Source of the DNA: an uncultured Candidatus Saccharibacteria bacterium
GTDB lineage: Bacteria; Patescibacteriota; Minisyncoccia; Phycocordibacterales; CSBR16-119
NCBI GenBank assembly: GCA_964531475.1
Contig: CAZHCS010000002.1
Span: 4,548 to 68,547 of the forward strand
Direction of reading: 5' to 3'
DNA: 64,000 nucleotides
Below, in pieces: positions 46,581-55,194 of this stretch. A program made the position numbers and the translations under genes. The notes under the pieces are model-generated. The model searched no databases and was not told the DNA's origin. It saw only the letters and a list, made by a program, of their open reading frames with translations. Every line of letters starts with the position of its first letter. Within the stretch, counting starts at the first letter, position 1.

Positions 46581-49500
46581 TATTTTGATATCTTCACTTC
46601 TTCCCCACCAAATGAAATATCTTTGATACCCGCAGTTTTCTTGAGTTCGTCTTCGAATCCGGTAATCACGTCTTTTTGGTTCTCTGGGATAGTGAGGCTG
46701 ACCATTTCACTTGGCAAAAGATTTTGGTCTTTGCGCATACCCTGCACACCCCGCAAGAATTCTCGAAAATCGCCTTCGCGTTTGAGTTCAGGAGTTATTT
46801 CCGTATCCAGAAAGACTCCTGGTTTTTCTTCTCCTAGATTTTCCAGAACAACATTTTTCACATTTATCTCATCAGCGATGATTTCGGTTACTTCATTCCA
46901 AAAAGGAATAGATCCGAAATCATGCTTTATAGAAAGCTTAGAAAGAGGTTGTCGAACTTTAATACCTGATTTTTGTCTCTGTTCAAGCCCCATTGTTACA
47001 AAGTTCCTCGCATGTTGCATGGTCGCTAATATTTCTGTATTAGATTTCTTCCCTTCTGGCCACTTGGCAAGATGCGCCGATTCTTCATCACGTTCGTTGC
47101 GCAGTGTTTGCCAAATATCTTCTGCCGCGAACGGCGCGAATGGGGCCAAGAGTCTCGCAATAGTTTTTAAGACATGATACAGAGTCGCCTTGGCATCAGT
47201 ATCACCATCCTTGAGACGGTCACGAGAGCGTCGCAAGTACCAAGTAGACAAGTCGTCAATGAAATCACGCAACGCACGAACTGGCTCGAGGAGTTTGTAT
47301 GAGTTCAGGCTTTCCGTCATGGAGTTCGTGAGCTCATTGAGCCGCTCAAGGATCCAGATATCGAGCACGTTGTGAGTGGCTAGTGAATAGTGACTAGCTT
47401 CTAGTGAACGATCGCGATAGAGTTCGTAGAACGCCAGCACGTTATAAAGCAGATTGAATACTTTGTTGCGAAGCTCTGCAACAGTTTTCTCATCGAAATT
47501 CTTTGAATCGCCCGGTTGATTGACCGAATACATCCAGAGGCGCAGCGTATCGACGCCGTACTTATCCATCATCTCCCACGGGTTGACGATGTTACCGATA
47601 GACTTACTCATCTTCTTGCCTTTGGCATCGAGAATATGCCCGAGACAAATGCAGTTTTTGTAAGCCTTGCCTTTACCCATGAGCGCGCCCACGGCGTGAA
47701 GCGTATAGAACCAGCCACGCGTCTGATCGACAGCTTCGGAAATAAAGTCTGCCGGATAACCCCTGCCTTTCGAGAGGAATCCGCCATCAATATACTTCTT
47801 GTTCTCGAACGGATAGTGATGTTGCGCGAATGGCATAGCGCCAGAGTCGAACCAAACATCCATGACTTCTTTTACACGACGGAATTCCTTGCCATCCTTT
47901 TCGAGCACAATGTCATCGATAAACGGACGGTGAAGATCGAGCTCTCTACTTGTCGAATTATCAACGTAGGCCTTTAAAATTTTTCCGTTATCTATCTGGT
48001 GGAACAATTTCATCGCTTCGTGATTATCGAGCCCGCGTAAAAGCTTGAACGCTATTTCATTCGTCCCCTGATGAGCAAAACAAACGATCGTTTTGCCAGC
48101 GTATTTCACCAACACCTCATCGAGGAAATTTTTTACTCGCGCTTCAAGGTCGGCCCAGCTTTCGCCAGTGTCACCACGTTTTACCAAAAATCTTTCATCT
48201 GTCGGCAATGCCTTGTACGCATCACGCGAAGCTTTGATTGCCGGATCATCTTGTGTCTGTTCTTCCCAGTTACCACTCTGTATCTCTCCGAGACGATCAT
48301 CAATGACAATATCAGCACTATCTGCATAAGCGCTTGCTGTCTGTCGGGAGCGCAGAATCGGTGAAGAAAATATAATGTCTGGTTTCTCGTCAGCCAATTT
48401 TTCTGCTGCTTCGGCTGCCTGCTTGCGACCAAGGGCTGTCAGCGGATGCTTGTCATGAGCAGAAGACGACATACGCATAACATTGTGTTCGGCCTCGCCA
48501 TGACGAACAAAAATTATCTTTGTGATTGACTGTTTTGAATAGGCCCGCAATGTTTCGACAGAATCAACAACCAATCGCTCCCCGTCCTCGCTCATCCAGA
48601 CCGGCAACGGCGTACCCCAATAACGCTCGCGCGAAATTGCCCAGTCTTTGATGTCTTTGAGCCACTCGCCGAAACGGCCATCACGAATATGAGACGGCTC
48701 CCAATTGATCGATTTATTTTCCTCTACCATTTCGTCGCGAAGTTCCGACATGCGGATGTACCACGAATCACGGGCGTAGTAGACAAGCGGCGTCTTGCAG
48801 CGCCAACAATGCGGGTATGTGTGTTCGTAATTTTTCTTGGCATAAAAGAGTCCGCGCGCAGTCAGGTCGTTGATGACGTCGACTGCAAGCGTCGGTTTAC
48901 CATTCTCGTCTTTTTCCATGGCGAACCTGCCAGAAAAGAATCCGGTGTTTGGTAGAAATTTACCATCGAGTCCGACAACGTGTTCTTTTGGAAGCCCTGC
49001 TTTCGTACCAAGCTCGAAGTCATCCTGGCCGTACATCGGCGCAATGTGAACAATGCCCGTACCGTCAACGGTTGTAACAAAATCGGCAACATAAACTTTG
49101 TGAGATTTGTCGTTTGGCTTGACGAAGTCATAGAGCGGCGCGTATTCCATTCCAGCCATCTCACTTCCCTTGTGTTCGGCGATGATTTCGTACGGTTCGG
49201 CGATGACCGAGAGGCGCTCTTTGGCAACAACTAAAATTTCTTCGCCCACTTTGGCTTCAACATAATCGATATCTGCACCGACAGCGAGCGCGACGTTCCC
49301 CGGAAGCGTCCACGGTGTCGTCGTCCAGGCGACGAAGTATGCTTTGACGAAACCTTTGATCGGAAACTTCGCAAAGATCGAGAGGTCTTTGACGTCTTCA
49401 TAACCCTGCGCGAGTTCATGACTTGCAAGTGGTGTTCCGCAGCGCGAACACCACGGTACGATACGGTAGTCTTTGTACAAAAGTCCGCGCTTCTCTACAT

Positions 49501-49993
49501 GTGCAAGCACACTCCAAAGCGATTCTATATACGAGTTATTGAAAGTGAAGTACGCATTCTTCTTGTCGACCCAATAGCCGATACGGTCGGTGAAGTCTTC
49601 CCAATCTTTTATGTATTCGAAAACAGAGTCCTTGCACTCTTTGTTGAATTTGCCGATGCCGTAGTCTTCGATAGCTTTTTTGGAATTAAGTCCAAGCTTC
49701 TTTTCAATCTGAAGCTCTACCGGCAAGCCATGCGTGTCCCAGCCGCCCTGACGGCGAACATGAAAGCCCTGCATCGTTTTATAACGAGGGATTACGTCCT
49801 TGAAAGCGCGGGCTTCCAGGTGATGGAGCGCGGGCTTGGCATTGGCCGTTGGCGGACCTTCGAAAAAGACAAATTCGCCCTCCGGAGATTCCTTTGTCAG
49901 AGTTTTTTCGAAAATCTTGTTATCCTGCCAAAATTTCAGGATTCGCTCTTCGCGAAGCGCCGCGTCGGATTTAGAGGGTTTTTCGTTTTCCAT
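46580..49993 (-). CDS. ileS: Isoleucyl-tRNA synthetase carrying an approximately 200-aa inserted histidine-phosphatase (PGAM-family) domain
   Basis: HIGH-region PALHHLEARAF, KMSKSIGN; insertion approximately aa 487-685 (about 47941-48535) with FVRHGEAEHN and SSPILRSRQTA signatures. Confidence 0.9.
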   Translation of the reverse strand: MENEKPSKSDAALREERILKFWQDNKIFEKTLTKESPEGEFVFFEGPPTANAKPALHHLEARAFKDVIPRYKTMQGFHVRRQGGWDTHGLPVELQIEKKLGLNSKKAIEDYGIGKFNKECKDSVFEYIKDWEDFTDRIGYWVDKKNAYFTFNNSYIESLWSVLAHVEKRGLLYKDYRIVPWCSRCGTPLASHELAQGYEDVKDLSIFAKFPIKGFVKAYFVAWTTTPWTLPGNVALAVGADIDYVEAKVGEEILVVAKERLSVIAEPYEIIAEHKGSEMAGMEYAPLYDFVKPNDKSHKVYVADFVTTVDGTGIVHIAPMYGQDDFELGTKAGLPKEHVVGLDGKFLPNTGFFSGRFAMEKDENGKPTLAVDVINDLTARGLFYAKKNYEHTYPHCWRCKTPLVYYARDSWYIRMSELRDEMVEENKSINWEPSHIRDGRFGEWLKDIKDWAISRERYWGTPLPVWMSEDGERLVVDSVETLRAYSKQSITKIIFVRHGEAEHNVMRMSSSAHDKHPLTALGRKQAAEAAEKLADEKPDIIFSSPILRSRQTASAYADSADIVIDDRLGEIQSGNWEEQTQDDPAIKASRDAYKALPTDERFLVKRGDTGESWADLEARVKNFLDEVLVKYAGKTIVCFAHQGTNEIAFKLLRGLDNHEAMKLFHQIDNGKILKAYVDNSTSRELDLHRPFIDDIVLEKDGKEFRRVKEVMDVWFDSGAMPFAQHHYPFENKKYIDGGFLSKGRGYPADFISEAVDQTRGWFYTLHAVGALMGKGKAYKNCICLGHILDAKGKKMSKSIGNIVNPWEMMDKYGVDTLRLWMYSVNQPGDSKNFDEKTVAELRNKVFNLLYNVLAFYELYRDRSLEASHYSLATHNVLDIWILERLNELTNSMTESLNSYKLLEPVRALRDFIDDLSTWYLRRSRDRLKDGDTDAKATLYHVLKTIARLLAPFAPFAAEDIWQTLRNERDEESAHLAKWPEGKKSNTEILATMQHARNFVTMGLEQRQKSGIKVRQPLSKLSIKHDFGSIPFWNEVTEIIADEINVKNVVLENLGEEKPGVFLDTEITPELKREGDFREFLRGVQGMRKDQNLLPSEMVSLTIPENQKDVITGFEDELKKTAGIKDISFGGEEVKISK

Positions 49994-50305
49994 CTATCGA
50001 ATTTACCATAAAAATGGCCACGAAAGAAGTTTGTAAAATTTTAAATTTTGGGTTATAAATTGGGAAATAAACCACCTTTATGAAGAATATGGCGCGTCGG
50101 GTGCGTCGGTTCTTCACAAAGAAGGACCCGCGCGTAAGAAAAGTACTCTTACAGATCGTAAGGGACCTAGTTCCACCTGAAATCCGGGGTAAGGCTTTGT
50201 CATCGCACCTCCTCGCGATGCGCAAAGAAATTATCCCCGGCAGACTACAAGGTGTACGTTTTGTCCAAGATTGATGGCTGGGTCTCTGACCTGGCCATCG
50301 TTCGT

Positions 50306-51976
50306 TTACATCCTCTCCGGTGCTTTGATGCCAAGGAGCCAGAGACCGTTATGGATAGTCTGACCGACGGCTTTGGCCAGGGCGATGTTATAAGAAGCGT
50401 TTACATTTTCAACATCGATAATCTTTGTGTTTCCGTACCAAGAATTAAATGCGCGCGCGAGCTCTAAAAGATAAATAGCAACATGATGCGGCGCCAAAAA
50501 GTTAATCGATTCTTCGACGACCTCTGGAAAACGCGTGAGCAAGCGTTCGACATCGCTCACAGCAAGTTCTCTTTTTTCTCCTGACTCGGTAATGCCCGCC
50601 TCGCGCGCCTTTTCGAGCAGCGAATTGATACGCGCATGCGTGTACTGCAAATACGGACCAGAGTCGCCTTCGAAAGAAAGCGATGTTTCTGGGTCGAAGT
50701 TTATATTCTGCCCGGGTTTTGATTTGAGGATGGAAAATTTGATCGCGGCGATGGCGACGGCGTCAATCATCTCTTGCGAGAGCGCGCGTTCGGCAGAGCG
50801 TTCGCGGACTTCTTCGGACACCGTATCGAGGATATCCGTCGCGAGCGGCACGCCACCGAGGCGGCTCGACATCTTTTGCCCCTTGAACGTCATACGGCCA
50901 TGGGGTACATGGCGATTATTGTTTGCCCAGGCATTATCTATCTTATACGCAGCATCAATGACCAAAGCAAAATGCTGAATCTGTTGATAGTCAGTTACAA
51001 ATATAGATAAGTCTGGATGATATCCTTCAAACTTCATCTTTATTAAACCAAGATCTTTTGCTTCATAAGTAGGATTTCCCTGGCTATTGATAAATACAGC
51101 TGTGTTTAACCAAGGTGTTGAAGTATCAGGGATATACACAATCGCGCCTTCACTTTCGGTAAAGACTTTTGGTGTATACTTCTCTACTAATTCTTTACCG
51201 ACAACGCCGGCCTCGCTTTCATAAATATAGCTATCGAAGTGCGAACCGAGCCGCGCCACAACGCTTTCGAAATATTTAATATTGAACTCTTTGCAGGCCT
51301 TGAAGAGCCGGAATTCGGGCGTGTCGGCCCCAGCGTAGAGATTGTCCGCGATCTCTTTGACACGCGATTGGATGCTTTCGTCTTCTTCGAAGCGTTTGGT
51401 GCCTTCGACATACGCATCGCCAAGCGCGCTGATCTCGAGATTCTCCGTATCGATATTTTTCTCAAGCAAGACGAAGATCGCTTTGGCAACGCCGAGCGAG
51501 ATATCCGACGGGAACGAGACGCTCGACACCTCTGCCCCGCTCGCGCGCATGAGGCGCACTAACGACTCGCCGATAGCGTTGTTCATCATGTGGCCGATGT
51601 GGAACGGCTTGAAGAGGTTCGGGCTCGAATGCTCGACGAGGATTTTCTGGCCCGCGTGGATGTTTGAAATGCCGAACTGTGCGTCGATGCCACGGATGAC
51701 GTTCGCAAAATACGCCGGTGAAAGGCGGAAATTGATGAACCCGGGACCCGCGACGTCGGTCGAGGTGACGAACTCGTGGGTTGGGAGCGCAGAGCGGATG
51801 GCTTCGGCGAGTTCGCGCGGATTCTTGCCAGCTTCTTTGGCCAAAGCGAGTGCGACGTTCGTCGAATAGTCGCCATGGGCGAAGACCTCCGGATGCTCGA
51901 GCGCCGGGTCAGCCGAAAATCCGAGCGCTGCGAGCGCTTCGGATATGAGCCTCTTTAATTCTGATTCTATATTCAT
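50306..51976 (-). CDS. argS: Arginyl-tRNA synthetase
   Basis: HSSPNLFKPFHIGHMMNNAIGESL; C-terminal anticodon-binding domain; start taken at MNIESE next to the msrA stop (the track ORF extends to 52039). Confidence 0.9.
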   Translation of the reverse strand: MNIESELKRLISEALAALGFSADPALEHPEVFAHGDYSTNVALALAKEAGKNPRELAEAIRSALPTHEFVTSTDVAGPGFINFRLSPAYFANVIRGIDAQFGISNIHAGQKILVEHSSPNLFKPFHIGHMMNNAIGESLVRLMRASGAEVSSVSFPSDISLGVAKAIFVLLEKNIDTENLEISALGDAYVEGTKRFEEDESIQSRVKEIADNLYAGADTPEFRLFKACKEFNIKYFESVVARLGSHFDSYIYESEAGVVGKELVEKYTPKVFTESEGAIVYIPDTSTPWLNTAVFINSQGNPTYEAKDLGLIKMKFEGYHPDLSIFVTDYQQIQHFALVIDAAYKIDNAWANNNRHVPHGRMTFKGQKMSSRLGGVPLATDILDTVSEEVRERSAERALSQEMIDAVAIAAIKFSILKSKPGQNINFDPETSLSFEGDSGPYLQYTHARINSLLEKAREAGITESGEKRELAVSDVERLLTRFPEVVEESINFLAPHHVAIYLLELARAFNSWYGNTKIIDVENVNASYNIALAKAVGQTIHNGLWLLGIKAPERM

Positions 51977-52521
51977 TTCAATAATTCTTTGTGGTTTTTC
52001 TCGAGCTTTTTTATCTTTGGAGCCACGACCAGCTGGCAATACGCCTTGTCCGGATTCTTGCCGAAGTAGTCGTGATGATAATCCTCGGCCGGATAGAACT
52101 CGTCGGCCAATGAGACTTCGGTCACGATAGCTTTGCCTGCTTGCGCATCGGCTACGAGGACGCCGTATTCGCGGATCTTTTCGTCTATCACATCCTTCTG
52201 TTCGTGCTCGGTGTAGAAAATGGCGGAACGGTATTGGTTGCCGACATCGGCACCTTGGCGATCGAGCGTGGTCGGATCGTGGCTGTCGAAGAAAACGTCG
52301 AGGATGGCTTCGGTCGAAATGTGTTCAGGATCGTATTCCACCTTTACGACTTCGGCGTGACCGGTCATACCAGAGCAAACTTCTTCGTACGTCGGAGCCC
52401 GTCCATCGGTCGGTGAATGCCCGCCCATATATCCGGGAGTGACAGAAAGAACGCCATGGAGGGAACGAAATACAGCCTCGGTACACCAGAAGCATCCACC
52501 GGCTAGGTATATCGTCTCCAT
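51973..52521 (-). CDS. msrA: Peptide methionine sulfoxide reductase MsrA
   Basis: IYLAGGCFWCTEAVF active-site motif. Confidence 0.9.
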   Translation of the reverse strand: METIYLAGGCFWCTEAVFRSLHGVLSVTPGYMGGHSPTDGRAPTYEEVCSGMTGHAEVVKVEYDPEHISTEAILDVFFDSHDPTTLDRQGADVGNQYRSAIFYTEHEQKDVIDEKIREYGVLVADAQAGKAIVTEVSLADEFYPAEDYHHDYFGKNPDKAYCQLVVAPKIKKLEKNHKELLK

Positions 52522-52533
52522 GGCGTTAGTTTA

Positions 52534-53523
52534 TCATAAATCGGCTAGCCCCGCTTTTCGAGATAGTTTCGAAGTATTTCCATGTGACAACAGGCCTTGG
52601 TAAGAAACAATGACTTCTTCCTTGGGGTTATCTTTCAGTTTCTTGAACATCCTATTTTTAGTGGTCGTGCGCAAAACCCTGTGATCGAAGAAATGCACCC
52701 AGCCCAAGAAATCAACGCCGGAGTTGATGGTTCGTATACTGATCTTGTCAGGATGGAGCGTAAGACGTAAACGAACATCGAGAAATTCTTCTATCTTTCC
52801 AAGCAATTGCGAAAGATATCCCTTATTCTCATACAAGATCACAAAATCATCCGCATAGCGAATATAATATTTTACTCGCAGTTCGTTTTTCATATACTGA
52901 TCAAACTCATTCATGTAAACATTCACCAAAAGTTGCGAGGTGAGATTGCCGAGAGGCAATCCCCTGCCTGGAGAGGTGTTAAAACTTTTCACCACCTGAC
53001 GCACGAGCCAGATGATATCTTTGTCTTCAATATGTTTATCCAGAATCTCAAAGAGAGTTTCTTGATCGATGGAAGCGAAGAATTTTTTAATATCGCATTT
53101 CAAAACCCAAAGCGTTTTCGTATTATTTCTGCTTACCTTGTAAACGAATGAACGAAATCGTTTCAACGCCCGATGAGTCCCCTTCCATTTGCGGCAAGAG
53201 TACGAGTCAACAACAAATTTCTTATCGAAATAAGGATATAGATGCCGGTAGATAGCATGGTGAAGCAATCGGTCACGGACACTCGCTTTGTGAATATTTC
53301 TAGGCTTCGGATCGGAAATATTGAAGGCATAGTAACCGCCGTGAACATATCTTTTCGCAACCAAATCTCTGTGTAGGATCAAAATATTATCCATGAGATG
53401 GACTTGAAATTCCTGTACGTCTTTCTTGGCGCGTTTTCCTCTCACGAACTCACGCCACGCGGAAAGCAAATTCTCCGTGGAGATGATATCCTTATACCTA
53501 TGAATAAAAATATTTCGAGCCAT
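52534..53523 (-). CDS. Diversity-generating retroelement (DGR) reverse transcriptase
   Basis: RGLPLGNLTSQLLVNVYMNEFD (the DGR-type I/LGxxxSQ in RT motif 4), RYADDFVI (YxDD), C-terminal SYQGLLSHGNTSKLSRK; 329 aa with no maturase/X domain. Confidence 0.85.
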   Translation of the reverse strand: MARNIFIHRYKDIISTENLLSAWREFVRGKRAKKDVQEFQVHLMDNILILHRDLVAKRYVHGGYYAFNISDPKPRNIHKASVRDRLLHHAIYRHLYPYFDKKFVVDSYSCRKWKGTHRALKRFRSFVYKVSRNNTKTLWVLKCDIKKFFASIDQETLFEILDKHIEDKDIIWLVRQVVKSFNTSPGRGLPLGNLTSQLLVNVYMNEFDQYMKNELRVKYYIRYADDFVILYENKGYLSQLLGKIEEFLDVRLRLTLHPDKISIRTINSGVDFLGWVHFFDHRVLRTTTKNRMFKKLKDNPKEEVIVSYQGLLSHGNTSKLSRKAGLADL

Positions 53524-53558
53524 AAAAATTCAACCAATGCGCCCCCCCCCCACGGCTT

Positions 53559-53906
53559 TTGCCGGTGATCCTGAAACTGAAAGATGCTTATGGAGTATGG
53601 CAAGGATATTGCGCCCACTTCCCTAAAGCAAATCGCTTCACGCTTGGAAGCAAGATCGATTCCGTATTTCTTGAAAGCATAGAGTCTTCTTTTGTCGCCA
53701 GTTATTCCGTCGGACAAGTAAAGTTGAATCATGTTGAGAGCACTATTACGAAAACGGATCTTTTAAAGCTCCTCTTGCAATTGGCTTGGGAAACGAAGGC
53801 GATCGACAACAATAAATATATTCATTTGAGCGAACTCTTAGCCGAAGTCGGCAAGATGCTCGGAGGCTGGAAACGGCAACTGGCAAACAAAACTCCCGCC
53901 GCGTGA
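53559..53906 (+). CDS. avd: DGR accessory variability determinant (Avd; 23S-rRNA-IVS-family four-helix bundle), opposite strand to the RT/TR/VR
   Basis: C-terminal LAEVGKMLGGWKRQ matches the Avd hallmark (compare bAvd IAEVGRILGSW); 115 aa; only a TTG/GTG start is available. Confidence 0.7.
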   Translation: MPVILKLKDAYGVWQGYCAHFPKANRFTLGSKIDSVFLESIESSFVASYSVGQVKLNHVESTITKTDLLKLLLQLAWETKAIDNNKYIHLSELLAEVGKMLGGWKRQLANKTPAA

Positions 53907-53930
53907 TTGTCGACGGGAGAACCGTAGGAG

Positions 53931-54062
53931 TTGCGAACGCCGAGGAAGCGGTAGTTGCGATTCCAGTCATTGTCGAACCAATTCAGGTTCAGGTTACGCT
54001 TCGAATCGTTCCTGTTGAGGTAAGCCACGTTGCGGTTGCCATTGATCTTGGCCACGGAGCCA
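53931..54062 (-). repeat. DGR template repeat (TR), 132 bp
   Basis: Matches 54401-54532 at 112/132 positions; 19 of 20 mismatches have A on the minus strand in this copy; the VR reading frame translated over TR gives Asn-rich VAYLNRNDSKRNLNLNWFDNDWNRNYRFLG. Confidence 0.85.
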
Positions 54063-54305
54063 TGTGTGACGCGCCATCTAGTTCACCACCCTTCGAGTCG
54101 GAGAAACTGAAAACCCTCAAGGCTGAATCGTATTCGCAACCTTATATGTTGCAGAGCATGTCACACCAACTTTTCTCTGGTTTTTGTTCTGAATTCCTCC
54201 TGACACTCTTTTGAAAACCGTGGCCTTCAAAACTCTCGCCAAGAGGCATGCGGACAAATTACCCAAAGCCGTGACCTTAGATTTCTCATTTGTCGAAATT
54301 ATTGT

Positions 54306-54343
54306 AGCAAAAACGCAAAGCCGGCGCACAGAGTGCGCCGGCA
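54306..54343 (-). terminator. GC hairpin plus T-run 55 nt downstream of VR (terminator; also a candidate homing-enhancing stem-loop)
   Basis: gccggcgcac-tct-gtgcgccggc followed on the minus strand by TTTGCGTTTTTGC. Confidence 0.6.
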
Positions 54344-54396
54344 AGTTCCAAGGGTCCAAGTGCCAAGGACGAATCCAAGGCTCAAGGACCAGAGAA

Positions 54397-54999
54397 CTAT
54401 TTGCGACCGCCGAGGAAGCGGTAGTAGCGACTCCAGTCATCGTCGAACCAATGCAGGAGCAGGAAACGCTCCGAACCGCGCCTGCTGAGGCAAGCCACGC
54501 TGCGGTCGCCACCGATCTCGGCCACGGAGCCGAGTGCCACGATCGGGTACTTCCGCTGTTCTTCGGGCAAGGCTGCGCCATACGCAAGGAGCTCCTCGAT
54601 CTTGGCTGGCCGGAACCCGTCCTTCTCCATCTCTTTGATCGCGTTCTCCGAAGAGATGTCGCGGTCGAAGTGGAAGAGTTTGGGTTCGAAACCCACTTTG
54701 CCGGTGCCGGACAGCGGGAAGCGCTTCGCCGTGATGTCGTCGTTCTTCCAGTCGTAGTTGCCGGCGGCGATCATCTGCTCGAGCGTCATGCCATAGTCCA
54801 CGAAGAACTTCATGTCGAGCGGCGAGAGGTTGAGCACCTTGCGCAGCGCTTCACGATCGATCTGCGTCGGATCGGCTTCGATGAGGTCAGCGAGCGAGCC
54901 GTTCGTGAGCAAGGATTGGAATCCTTGATGGTCCTTGCCTTTTGCTTCGAGCAATGTGGCGAGGCTGGCCAGTTGGCCTGAAGTGAATGCGGTTTTCAT
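54397..54999 (-). CDS. DGR target (variable) protein with C-terminal VR
   Basis: 200 aa; C-terminus ...VACLSRRGSERFLLLHWFDDDWSRYYRFLGGRK* encoded by VR; the stop codon lies at the VR 3' boundary. Confidence 0.8.
   Translation of the reverse strand: MKTAFTSGQLASLATLLEAKGKDHQGFQSLLTNGSLADLIEADPTQIDREALRKVLNLSPLDMKFFVDYGMTLEQMIAAGNYDWKNDDITAKRFPLSGTGKVGFEPKLFHFDRDISSENAIKEMEKDGFRPAKIEELLAYGAALPEEQRKYPIVALGSVAEIGGDRSVACLSRRGSERFLLLHWFDDDWSRYYRFLGGRK
54401..54532 (-). repeat. DGR variable repeat (VR), 132 bp, inside the 3' end of the target gene
   Basis: See the TR entry; substitutions occur only where TR has adenine on the coding strand. Confidence 0.85.
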
Positions 55000-55194
55000 C
55001 GGACTTGTGGTCTTTTGAATCTACTCCCGAAGGGTAGCGTGCTATTCTCCTCTCCCGAATGGGCGGTTTGGCATAGCTTTGAAACTTCAATGATGTAAAG
55101 CCTCAAAGCTATGCCAAATTTCGCAAATAGTTCAGTTTTGAAGAACGATTTTTACCTGTCCATTATAACATATGACAAGTCATTTTGTCAATAG

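Noticed and set aside
52534-53523. Reverse transcriptase as a group II intron RT/maturase or retron RT
   Set aside because: The protein has no maturase (X) or endonuclease domain and there are no intron RNA domains nearby. It carries the DGR-specific LGNLTSQ motif and sits next to Avd plus an adenine-mutagenised TR/VR pair.
53822-54981. ORFs 53822-54055(-), 53903-54214(+), 54117-54587(-), 54211-54981(+) covering the TR/VR region
   Set aside because: They are frame artefacts. The minus ORF is simply TR read in the VR frame (Asn-rich). The plus ORFs are antisense to the target gene and the TR. Their apparent mutual similarity is the TR/VR repeat itself.
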